Shown here: positions 1-9,207 of the stretch, in pieces | Numbering within the stretch: position 1 is the stretch's first letter | Layout: the number at the start of each line of letters is the position of its first letter | DNA from: an uncultured Bacillota bacterium | Lineage (GTDB): Bacteria; Sysuimicrobiota; Sysuimicrobiia; Sysuimicrobiales; Segetimicrobiaceae | Length of the DNA: 64,000 nucleotides | Assembly: GCA_963804645.1 (NCBI GenBank) | Contig: CAWDRG010000017.1 | Location: 1-64,000, forward strand | Direction of reading: 5' to 3' | The notes under the pieces: model-generated | The model's database searches: none | Seen by the model: only the letters and a program-made list of their open reading frames with translations | What the model was told of the DNA's origin: nothing | Made by a program: the position numbers and the translations under genes

Positions 1-137
1 CTTCGGTGCTCACGACGGCCGGTCGAGATACCCGCCGAGACAGACCTGCGTCACCACGCGCGTTGACATCCCGTGGACGAATTTGAGAGACTAAGATTAA
101 TCAATATCGATCAATTCAAGAAGAAGAGGTTACTTGC

Positions 138-470
138 ATGACCTCTAAGACCTCGGCTCAAGGAATTGCGAACAACGTAATGCGCCTCCCCATCACGAAA
201 GCGCGAATTAACCTTGGGGCTCTGGTCAAGCGAGCCCATCTCGGTAAGGAATATTTCATCATTGAGAAGGACGGGATACCGATCGCCGGTCTCATGGATA
301 TTGATGAGTTTGAAGACTACCTCGAGCTCAAGGACCCCACCATCCGACGTCACATTCAGCGCAGCTATGAACAATACCGTGCAGGAAAGAGTCGGCCCGC
401 GAACCTGCTGCTTGCTGAACTTCAGCAAGGGAAAGGAAGAAAAACCAAGCCCGCGCGCCGCGCCGGATGA
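138..470 (+). CDS. Phd/YefM-family type II antitoxin
   Basis: 110 aa. N-terminal 'LPITKARINLGALVKRA…FIIEKDGIPIAGL' fits the Phd pattern. Its stop overlaps a downstream ATG (ATGA at 467-470). Confidence 0.8.
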   Translation: MTSKTSAQGIANNVMRLPITKARINLGALVKRAHLGKEYFIIEKDGIPIAGLMDIDEFEDYLELKDPTIRRHIQRSYEQYRAGKSRPANLLLAELQQGKGRKTKPARRAG

Positions 471-756
471 CGACAACTTTTAGGTTCGCACAACGCCGCA
501 CTTCGATCGGCTCGTGCGCCGTTTGCATCGCCGCCACGGCGATCTCGCTGGTCGATACGCCGAAGCGCTCGAAACCCTCCAAACAGACCCGCTAAACCGT
601 AGCGGTGCCCACCCCATCAGAAAACTGGAAGCCATCCGGCCGGGAGAAGGACAGTATCGACTGAGGCTGGGGCGCTGGCGCTTTCGATACGACGTCATCG
701 ACAAAGGTGTCATTCTCCACTACTGCGGTCTCAGGCGCGAAGATACCTACGAATAG
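467..756 (+). pseudogene. RelE/ParE-family toxin, frameshifted after codon 5
   Basis: ATG467 reads MTTTF. A different frame then continues VRTTPHFDRL…IRKLE…YRLRLGRWRFRYDV (RelE-like). One base appears missing near 481-483. Confidence 0.7.
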
Positions 757-1015
757 CTTTTTGTTCGAGGACCGCGATCGCGCTGATATCGCGGTTCGCA
801 TCGTCGCCGCCCGACGTACCTCGCACCCTCGCGTCGATCGCCCCAAGCTCCACCAATCGCCTCAGGCCACCGCCACTTTCATTTCGGACGCTGCGTGAGG
901 CTTCATGAGCAGATTGAGGTGAAGAAGATGAATCTGCCGCGCGTGTCGGGATCGTGATGCCTGCGAGTGCAACGGCCAGGGCGACCACAGTCGGCGCCAT
1001 CCGCAATCGCCGCAT
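731..1015 (-). CDS. small hypothetical protein with possible signal peptide
   Basis: Basic N-terminus, hydrophobic stretch VVALAVALAGITIP, and an RBS-like GGGAGA upstream. Confidence 0.3.
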   Translation of the reverse strand: MRRLRMAPTVVALAVALAGITIPTRAADSSSSPQSAHEASRSVRNESGGGLRRLVELGAIDARVRGTSGGDDANRDISAIAVLEQKAIRRYLRA

Positions 1016-1064
1016 GTCTTCTCCCCCGGTGTCACGATGGAAGCGTCTGAACCGCGCTAACTAA

Positions 1065-1832
1065 CTAATGCATCTTATCGTCTGGTCCCGCTATGTCGAG
1101 CTGCTCGCGTGCCAGAACGCGCACTCGCCCCCGCGAGATCGCGACGACGCCCTCGCGTCTCCACCGGCTCATGATGCGGGACACCGTGTACGGCGTGGTC
1201 CCGAGGTATTCCGCCATCTGTTGCGCAGTCACACGGATTTCAAGGTCGCGGGAAGCATGCAGTCGGGTGGAGGTCTCCCGCAACAAAAAACTGACGAGCC
1301 GATGGCCACTGTCCTCGGTGAGCGTCTCATGGAGATGCGCCCACATTTCCTGGGTATGCTCGACCACCGCGGTGGCGAAGTTGTGAGTGATGGAGGGATG
1401 ACGACGCATTAATCGTTCGAGCGTCTGGGCGTCCCATTCCAGGATGGTGCTGTCTTGCACCGCCTGGATGGAGGCCACCGCCGATACCCCGCTCACGGCA
1501 TGGGCAAAGGAAAAGACGCCCCCCGGGGCAATGAACCGAAGAATCGATTGGTCTCCCGCTCGCCCGACGACGGCGACGGTGAGTTTGCCGCGTGTCAGCA
1601 CCCCAAGCTTGCCGATCGGTTCCCCTTGGCGACAGAAAAATTCTCCTCGCTTCATGAGCCGCGTCTTCGAGGTCCGGGTGAGATCGCGGCGCGCAGAAGT
1701 CGGGAGCTCACGAATAAGGTGGCAGTCCGATGGGATCTGCGCGGCTGGCGCACTCACGGTAGCGCCTCCGGCCCCGTGGCCGTTGCGCGATGTGACAATC
1801 GAGGACCTACTGTCCGTTCGAGACGTAAGCAC
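1065..1832 (-). CDS. Crp/Fnr-family transcriptional regulator
   Basis: cNMP-binding barrel (RGEFFCRQGEP…GKLTV…PGGVF) plus a C-terminal HTH (TAQQMAEYLGTTPYTVSRIM). Start uncertain. Confidence 0.9.
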   Translation of the reverse strand: MLTSRTDSRSSIVTSRNGHGAGGATVSAPAAQIPSDCHLIRELPTSARRDLTRTSKTRLMKRGEFFCRQGEPIGKLGVLTRGKLTVAVVGRAGDQSILRFIAPGGVFSFAHAVSGVSAVASIQAVQDSTILEWDAQTLERLMRRHPSITHNFATAVVEHTQEMWAHLHETLTEDSGHRLVSFLLRETSTRLHASRDLEIRVTAQQMAEYLGTTPYTVSRIMSRWRREGVVAISRGRVRVLAREQLDIAGPDDKMH

Positions 1833-1953
1833 GAGAGGACACCTCCTCAGGATTCAGCGCCCGTTCGCGGACAGACCCTTATACGATTACACAAAAAGCC
1901 CATAGACATGGTAGCAGTACCAATGATAAGTACCACGATAAATACGGCGCGTC

Positions 1954-1969
1954 TGTGCAAAATTGCACA
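1954..1969. promoter_or_regulatory. candidate Crp-family operator TGTGC-N6-GCACA
   Basis: Palindrome TGTGCAA-AA-TTGCACA with CRP-box spacing, upstream of the Crp-family gene. Confidence 0.5.
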
Positions 1970-2364
1970 AAAGACCCGTCGAGGAGACAATTGAGCTCTT
2001 CACCCGAATCAGTCTGCCCGGGGCGAGGGGAGCATGGCCTGGGAATTCATCCCGCAGTTTGGCGACAGCCCGAACGGTTGTGCGTTCACGCGAACGCACA
2101 ACCGGACTCGCGACGATGAAGGGTCGCTCGGGAACTGTTTACCACAGTCCGCCTCGATACTCCGCCGTGCGCGGGCCCGGGCTGGAGGGATCCGGAAGTG
2201 GAACCCCTCATTGCCAGGTGTGCAGGGGCACACTGACGATGAGGCGAAAAGCAAAAAATGGAAGTCCTCGGGCAAGCGCGCGAGACGACGTATGGTGCTC
2301 TTGGGCATGGTCTTCGCCCAGTACCTAATTCAAGAATGTAGTTATCGACGCGGGATCGTGTGTC

Positions 2365-3342
2365 ATGATGGTGTCGACCACCCGAAGCACGAATTCAATT
2401 ACTACGCATGTCCCGACGTTGGACCAAATTACTTTCTCGATCGTCCCAGTTGCACCATTTCGGCTTGACCTTACGGCCTGGGCGCTCCGGCGCCGCACCC
2501 AAAACGGAGTAGATCGTTGGGATGGCGCGACCTATCGACGAGTGCTTCTGTTCGATGATGTGCCGATTGAAGTCGCAGTCCGCCAAAGCGGGCCACGTGA
2601 GGCTCCCCGGTTGCAGGTGACCCTCACCGGCCCCGGGCTGCGACCTGAGTTCAAGCAGAGCGCGAAAACCTTGGTGGGGAAGATGTTTGGGCTTCATGTG
2701 GACTTAACGCCGTTCTATCAGATGGCCAGCCACGATGCGAAGCTGCGGGTACTGGTGGAAAAGTTTCGGGGCGTGAAACCACCACGGTTTCCGACTATTT
2801 TCGAGACGCTGGCGAATGCGTTCGCATGCCAGCAGTTGTCACTCACGGTGGGGTTGGAGTTGCTCGGCCGCCTGGCTCGTGCCTGCGGGTTAAGGCTGGA
2901 GCAAGAGCATGAAGTCAAATATGCATTCCCCCGTCCAGAGGATGTCCTTAGACTTACGCCAGACGTAATTAAAAAACTGGGCTTCAGCGGCAACAAGACG
3001 CGCGCACTTCTCGAACTTGCGGGAAACGTCGTGAGCGGTCGAATTAATTTTGATTCGTTGGAACGGATGGACAACGACGCCGTCATTGCCCGGTTACTGG
3101 AACTACGAGGGGTTGGCAGATGGACGGCTGAATATGTCTTGCTTCGCGGGCTGAAGCCACTGGACGTGTTTCCCGGCGATGACGTGGGCGCCCGGAACAG
3201 GCTTGCCAAATGGCAGCGTCGCACCAAACCTTTAGATTATGCTGGAGTCGCACGGTTGACAAAGCGTTGGCAGCCATATGCCGGGGTGGTGTATTTCCAC
3301 ATGCTGCTGGAAGGTCTGTCCGAAGCCGGTGACCTGAGGTAA
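2365..3342 (+). CDS. AlkA-like DNA-3-methyladenine glycosylase (HhH-GPD)
   Basis: FETLANAFACQQLS, FPRPE, LRGVGRWTAEYVLLRGL…FPGDD, WQPY. Confidence 0.88.
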   Translation: MMVSTTRSTNSITTHVPTLDQITFSIVPVAPFRLDLTAWALRRRTQNGVDRWDGATYRRVLLFDDVPIEVAVRQSGPREAPRLQVTLTGPGLRPEFKQSAKTLVGKMFGLHVDLTPFYQMASHDAKLRVLVEKFRGVKPPRFPTIFETLANAFACQQLSLTVGLELLGRLARACGLRLEQEHEVKYAFPRPEDVLRLTPDVIKKLGFSGNKTRALLELAGNVVSGRINFDSLERMDNDAVIARLLELRGVGRWTAEYVLLRGLKPLDVFPGDDVGARNRLAKWQRRTKPLDYAGVARLTKRWQPYAGVVYFHMLLEGLSEAGDLR

Positions 3343-3475
3343 CGTTAAGTATCGATGTCGCGGAACTGGTGTTCCTCGCGACTCGGGGCGGATGTTTGGC
3401 ATGAAACGGCGCGCAGCGCCACCGCGCATCAGCGGCACGGGGAAGGGTGCGTCTCGTGGAAAAGGCAAACCCGAG

Positions 3476-4018
3476 ATGTCCATTGTCCTGACGATTGGGC
3501 ATTCCACACGCTCATGGAACGCCTTTCTCGAGATGCTGCGGGCGCACCGCGTTAAGCGCGTCGTAGACGTGCGCAGCATCCCACGCTCGCGGCATAACCC
3601 GCAGTTCAACCGAGAGATCCTGCCGACGAAACTGCGCGCCGCGAGGATCGGATACGTACACTTGGGCAAGCTCGGGGGGTTGCGCCGCGCGCAACGCGAT
3701 TCGTCGAACATGGGATGGCGCAATACCTCATTTCGTGGATTCGCCGATTACATGCAGACTCCGGAATTCGGCGTGGGGCTACAGAGGCTGATCAAATTGG
3801 CCAGTCAAAAGCGGAGCGCATTGATGTGCGCGGAAGCAGTTCCCTGGCGCTGCCACCGTTCGCTCATCGCGGACGCGCTCGTTGTGCGCGGGATCCGCGT
3901 TGAGCACATAATGAGCGAAAAGACTTCCCGGGCGCACTCGCTCACTTCTTTTGGTCGGGTACGACGCAATCGCATTACTTACCCTCTCAGCAAGGCCAGC
4001 CGCGTCCTCAATCGATAA
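3476..4018 (+). CDS. DUF488 family protein
   Basis: TIGHSTR, VDVRSIPRSRHNPQFN, LGGLR, LMCAEAVPWRCHRSLIAD. Confidence 0.9.
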   Translation: MSIVLTIGHSTRSWNAFLEMLRAHRVKRVVDVRSIPRSRHNPQFNREILPTKLRAARIGYVHLGKLGGLRRAQRDSSNMGWRNTSFRGFADYMQTPEFGVGLQRLIKLASQKRSALMCAEAVPWRCHRSLIADALVVRGIRVEHIMSEKTSRAHSLTSFGRVRRNRITYPLSKASRVLNR

Positions 4019-4311
4019 CAAGCCCCCTCACGTTTGACGGTGTGGATGAGACCGCGCACCCTGGCAGCGTTCGGTGCCGGGTGTTCGGTCGGCATCGTCA
4101 GCCAGTCATCCGTCAGGAAAGACGCGCCGCCACCGCGCCTGCGAGTGCGACACCGTGGGAGTCAGGAGAGAGCACGACCATCGCGCCCGCCGGAGACCGC
4201 CGCGAGAACTCCACGAGGCATGCCGGAGGAATGCCGTGCGAATGAGCGCCGCAGGCAAGTCGGAGCGCATGGCGCTCGTGGACCACCGGCTGAGGGGGCA
4301 GGTCGAGAAAC

Positions 4312-4908
4312 CTAGGCATTCGAGAACAGGGGAATGTTGGCTCCGCTGGCGGCCGCCCAGGGCGTGTCCAGCAGCGCGACTTTCAACTCGGCTACGTCCG
4401 CTTCCATATTGCCCAGAACTCGGCTCACAGCATATACGGCGTCGTCCCCGCATAGTTTGCGAGGTCGCTTGGCCTCTAGCGGAAGCCGGATCCGAGATGA
4501 CCCGTCTGCCACGCCCCTGAGAAGTCGGGCCACCCCGTATCAGCGGACACGTCACTCCGCTGACGCCGGCCGCGAGATCGGGCATGTATTCTCACTCCTC
4601 GTCGACCGGGTGACAAACACGCGTCGCCGGTACCAGTGATGCCGCGGATCATACGGCGCTATCCACGCATCATGGTGGAGAACCTGGTACGCGAGCGTCT
4701 CATTGTGTTCGACGGCCACCACTGATGCTTGGTGAAGGCGGCGTCCAAGGAGCGGGATGCATCCGAAGCTGTGCGCGGGAGAGACAAAGCGAACGACGAC
4801 CAACCGTTGGCGCGAACCGCAGCGTCGCGATTGAACCATGCCGCAGGTAAGAAGATAAAACTCCGCTGCGCGGCGGCTCTGATGATGGAGCCGCTGGCCC
4901 CATGGCAT
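4312..4908 (-). pseudogene. degraded second Crp/Fnr-family gene
   Basis: cNMP-like segment (GQRLHHQ…FYLLTCG…VRFVSPAHSFG…ASVVAVE) and HTH-like segment (…VYAVSRVLG) lie in different frames. Boundaries approximate. Confidence 0.5.
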
Positions 4909-5655
4909 CTGCTCGCCATCGTACTGATAATCTCCAGCACGTCCCCGGGCGACGCGCCGAATGCGTCGCTCCGCTCCAAGAGATGGTCGAGTTCCTGGAT
5001 GTCGAGTCCCTTACGGGCCATGCCCTCTCACCCGATCGGTCTCATCGCGTTGGCGGCCTGTGCCGCAGCCTGTCACCTAATGGCAACGACAACGTCCACG
5101 AGCGTCTCATTGGCTGAGGTACTGTTTCGAACCCTCCGCGACCTACGAACGTTGTGGGCGGCCCGCCGCTACTTGCGCTTTCGCAACGACGCATACCCCT
5201 CCTCATGGTAACGTGGCGGTATCACTAGCCGCGCCGATCGACCAGGCGTGCGAGACGGTTGTGTGCCTGGAAGGCGTGGGCGAGATGATGCGCGTGGACC
5301 CGTGCCGGCGCTACTGCTGACCAGGGTGATACTCGTGTGGCCCGCTGTCGGGTGTGTCTCTGTCGGCGCACCCGACACCGGGGGCCTCTGCGAAGGTCAC
5401 CACCCGCGATATGACCCCGTGCCGTCCGTTGTCGACCACGTCTCTTGGTACGGTCCATGGTCGTGGCCACCGAGGCGGACAACAGCGCCGAGGCACAGGT
5501 TGCCTCGCGCATGCGGTTGATACTGTCAACAGTCGTCGGTGGCGCCGTTGGATCGTTCGACGCTGAGGAAGCGGAGGCAAGATTGGAATCCTCCCGGCTC
5601 GGGTTCGAGAGGAATTCCGGGAGAACCGATGCACCAAAGATTGAGGATGTGATCA

Positions 5656-7143
5656 ATGATGCCCCTGGATTATCCAGTGTGGTTGCGGGCGACGCACTTC
5701 TTCAACTTTCTTCTCCTATCGCTTCTCGTTCGGAGCGGTCTCGAGATCTTGAGCGCACACCCGAGACTTTACTGGAACGATCACTGTACGCCTGGTAGTG
5801 AATGGTTCAAATTCACGAAGAAACAGAGACCTAAAGACCACCTGTGGACGGCGAGTGACGAGGAAAGCTCATTCCCGTCGGCGATCGCCCTGCCGGGCCA
5901 CGAAAATCTAGGTCTCGGACGCCATTGGCACTTTCTCGCGGATTTCGCATGGCTCCTGACAGGTTTGACATACGTCATAATGCTCTTTGCCACACCGGAG
6001 TGGCGGCGGCTGATTCCGACGTCCTGGCAGATTGTCCCAGATGCATGGCATGCGATGCTCAGCTATCTAAGCTTTCACATCGTGGAAACGCCGGGGGCAT
6101 ATAACGCCTTACAACAGTTGAGCTATGCGGCCGTTATCTTCTTGCTCGCCCCGTTCAGCATTGCGACAGGAATCGCGATGTCCCCAGCCATTGCCGCCCG
6201 TTTCCCATGGTATATCAAACTCTTTCACGGTCGACAGAGCGCACGGAGTCTGCATTTCCTGGCTCTGTGCACGTTCATCGTATTCTTCATCGGACACGTC
6301 ACGCTCGTGGCTCTGCATGGTTTCCAACGAGAGCTGGCGTTGATTGTGCTGGGACAGACGTACAATCCGCAGCTGACGCTTGCACTTGGGGTCTGGTTAT
6401 TCGGGCTGGCGTGCATCGTAGCAATCCACGTCCTAACCACCGTGTGTTCACACCGGCGCCCCCGCTTCGTCCAAACAGCCACGCAATCGATCACAGACCC
6501 ACTGCGCACCTTGCTCTTCGGTCATGTAACCTCGTCGCAGCATTACACGTCCGCGGATATCTCGCCCTCGTTCTGGGTCAATGGGCGGCCGCCAAAAGAG
6601 GAAACGTATCTGGCGATGGCACGCGATCAATTCGCACATTACAGTCTGGAAATTGGCGGACTCGTTGAACAGCGGCTGCGTCTGACGTTGCGCGATCTCC
6701 GCATGATGCCGAAACAAACTCAAATCACCAAGCATTGCTGCATCCAGGGCTGGTCGGGCGTTGCAGAGTGGGGTGGCGTCTCTCTGCATCACATCATCGG
6801 ACTGTGCCAGCCGCTTCCCGCTGCCCGCTACATCGTTTTCTACGCGTTCGACAACAAGTCGACGTCAGAACCCCACGCCCAGGGCCCTGGATACTTCTAC
6901 GGCACGATCCGGATGGAACTAGCCGAAGACCCGCAGACCATTCTCGCCTACGAAATGAACGGCCAACCGCTGCCGATTTTGCATGGAGCACCCCTCCGAC
7001 TCCGCGTTGAAACGCAGCTTGGATTCACGATGGTGAAGTACATCCGCGCAATCGAGTTCATCGCGGATTACAAGACCATTGGCCAGGGCCAAGGCGGTTG
7101 GCGGGAAGATTACCAGTATTTCAGCCAGGAGGCCGGGATCTGA
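5656..7143 (+). CDS. cytochrome b membrane domain fused to a sulfite-oxidase-family molybdopterin oxidoreductase
   Basis: TM helices with His (RATHFFN, RHWHF, RSLHF, GHV). C-terminal HCCIQGWSG and LAYEMNGQPLPILHGAPLRL. Confidence 0.88.
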   Translation: MMPLDYPVWLRATHFFNFLLLSLLVRSGLEILSAHPRLYWNDHCTPGSEWFKFTKKQRPKDHLWTASDEESSFPSAIALPGHENLGLGRHWHFLADFAWLLTGLTYVIMLFATPEWRRLIPTSWQIVPDAWHAMLSYLSFHIVETPGAYNALQQLSYAAVIFLLAPFSIATGIAMSPAIAARFPWYIKLFHGRQSARSLHFLALCTFIVFFIGHVTLVALHGFQRELALIVLGQTYNPQLTLALGVWLFGLACIVAIHVLTTVCSHRRPRFVQTATQSITDPLRTLLFGHVTSSQHYTSADISPSFWVNGRPPKEETYLAMARDQFAHYSLEIGGLVEQRLRLTLRDLRMMPKQTQITKHCCIQGWSGVAEWGGVSLHHIIGLCQPLPAARYIVFYAFDNKSTSEPHAQGPGYFYGTIRMELAEDPQTILAYEMNGQPLPILHGAPLRLRVETQLGFTMVKYIRAIEFIADYKTIGQGQGGWREDYQYFSQEAGI

Positions 7144-7474
7144 TTCGGAATGTCTCTAGGACGGAGGCGAGCACCAACACGAGGCGCGCGCGCCCGTGCA
7201 CATCTGCAGCGGGAAGAACGGCCCGCGGAGCGCGCGGGCAGAGGAGAAGAACATAGGACCACGAGGGCAGCGGCCCCGATCACGACATCCAAACTTATGA
7301 GCCGGGGGGAAGTCGCTCATCGCTTCCTCGGCAACACTGACCGGGATCGCAATCGGGTGGGGCGCCGGGGATGGTTGCGCCGGAGTCAAGACGGGCGTCC
7401 ATTCAAAGTGGCGGTGTGAAGGCAGCGGCGATCGCAAGCCAAAGACCGAGATCGACGGTCCGACATCGCTGGAG

Positions 7475-7870
7475 GTGAGCTCTATGGCGGCAAACGATAA
7501 GGTACCGGATTATCTTCAGACGCATCAGCTACAGGCCGCGCTGTTGCGGTTCGGCATCCCGTCCGAGGTGGCGCCGCTGCGCGAGGAGGCGGCGCGGTCG
7601 GGCACCGGGCGCGCCGCGAAGACGCTCGTGAAGGAGGGGGCGATTCGCGTGACGCTGATCGCCTTGCGGCAAGGCGTGGCCTTGGAAGAGCATCGCGTCG
7701 CGGGTGCGGTGACGATCCAGGCGCTTCACGGAGCATTCAGGCTGTCCACGAACCAGGAGGCCGCCGACGTACACGCCGGTGAGCTCGTGGTGCTCGACAC
7801 CGGGGTTGCGCACGCCGCGCACGCGCTCGAGGACTGCGCCCTCCTCTTGACTGTGGCGATGGCGAGATAG
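7475..7870 (+). CDS. cupin-domain protein
   Basis: GRAAKTLVK…LEEHRVAGAVTIQAL…GVAHAAHALED. Confidence 0.75.
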   Translation: MSSMAANDKVPDYLQTHQLQAALLRFGIPSEVAPLREEAARSGTGRAAKTLVKEGAIRVTLIALRQGVALEEHRVAGAVTIQALHGAFRLSTNQEAADVHAGELVVLDTGVAHAAHALEDCALLLTVAMAR

Positions 7871-7917
7871 CCGATCGGCCAGCGCGGCAGACGCACAGGC
7901 CACCACCGAGCCCGTCA

Positions 7918-9201
7918 TCAGCCTTCGAGCAATAACGTTTCGGGATCCTCGATCAGCGCCTTGACGCGCCCCAGGAATTGCACCGCCTCGCGTCCGTCGA
8001 CGATCCGATGGTCGTAGGTGAGAGCCACGTACATCATCGGGCGAATGACGACCTGCCCCACGCGTGCGACCGGCCGATCCGCGATCCGGTGCAGGCCCAG
8101 GATCCCCACCTGCGGCGGGTTCAGGATCGGGGTACTGAAAAGCGAGCCGAACACGCCGCCGTTGGTGATGGTGAACGTCCCGCCGCGCAGGTCCTCGAGC
8201 GAGAGCGTCCCTTGCTCGGCTCGCTGCGCAAAGTCGCGGATCCCACGTTCGATCTCGACCAGCGTGCGCCGGTTGGCGTCTCGCAGCACCGGCACGACGA
8301 GCCCGTCCTTCGCCGCGACCGCGATCCCGATGTCATAGTAGCGCTTGAGAACGGCCTCCTCGCCCCGCAGCTCGGCGTTCAGATAGGGGAACTCGCGCAG
8401 CGCGGCAACCGCGGCACGGACGAAGAACGCGGCGATCCCGAGCCGGAATCCGTGCCGTTCCTGGATCAGCGGGTTCTGGCGACGGCGGAGATCGGCGACC
8501 GCGCCCAAGTCCGCCTCGTTGAAGGTCGTCACCATCGCCGCGTTCCGCAGGGCCTCGACCAGCCGGCGGGCGATCGTCAGGCGCCGGAGCGACAGGCGGA
8601 CATGCTCTTCGGAACCGGCGGGCGCTGACGCCGGCGCGGCGGGCGGCGGTTGGTGAAGCGCGCCCTGCACGTCGTGGCGCGTCACCCGGCCGCCCGTGCC
8701 TGTCCCCGCGATGGCGCTGATGTCCACCTTGTGCTCGGCCGCGAGCCGCCTCGCCAGCGGCGTCGCCGCGGACGGACGAGCGGGAGACGGCTGGTCGGGC
8801 GGGTTTGGCGCTGCGGTCGATCCTCCGACGTCCTCGTGGAGCATGTGGTCGGGATCGACCGCGTCCCAGGCAGCGGCGGACGGTGCAGACGCTGCCGCAC
8901 CGGGGGCTGAGATCTCGCGCCGACGGTCCTGGGCGGCGGACGCGGCGTCAGGTTCCACGACGGCGGTCTCGTCAACGACGCCGAGTACGTCCCCCGGTCG
9001 AACATCTGCGCCGTCCGGCTGCGCGACGTGCGTGAGCCGGCCCGCCACCGCCGCAGTCACCTCGAAGTTTACTTTCTCCGTCTCGAGCTCGACGAGGACC
9101 TCACCGACGCCCACCGCCTCTCCCTCGTGCTTCCGCCAGTGGAGCACCCGGGCCTGGAGGACGGACTCGCCGACGGTCGGCACAACGATGTTGGTGGCCA
9201 C
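7918..9201 (-). CDS. sucB: 2-oxoglutarate dehydrogenase E2 (dihydrolipoyl succinyltransferase)
   Basis: Lipoyl domain (LETEKV), E3-binding ATPLARRLA…GTGTGGRV, catalytic [10 protein letters not shown] and YDHRIVDG. Adjacent to sucA. Confidence 0.93.
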   Translation of the reverse strand: MATNIVVPTVGESVLQARVLHWRKHEGEAVGVGEVLVELETEKVNFEVTAAVAGRLTHVAQPDGADVRPGDVLGVVDETAVVEPDAASAAQDRRREISAPGAAASAPSAAAWDAVDPDHMLHEDVGGSTAAPNPPDQPSPARPSAATPLARRLAAEHKVDISAIAGTGTGGRVTRHDVQGALHQPPPAAPASAPAGSEEHVRLSLRRLTIARRLVEALRNAAMVTTFNEADLGAVADLRRRQNPLIQERHGFRLGIAAFFVRAAVAALREFPYLNAELRGEEAVLKRYYDIGIAVAAKDGLVVPVLRDANRRTLVEIERGIRDFAQRAEQGTLSLEDLRGGTFTITNGGVFGSLFSTPILNPPQVGILGLHRIADRPVARVGQVVIRPMMYVALTYDHRIVDGREAVQFLGRVKALIEDPETLLLEG

Positions 9202-9207
9202 GGCCCG

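Noticed and set aside
63..97. Sigma70 promoter for the first TA (TTGACA at 63-68)
   Set aside because: The nearest -10-like hexamer (TAAGAT) is 23 nt away, which is the wrong spacing.
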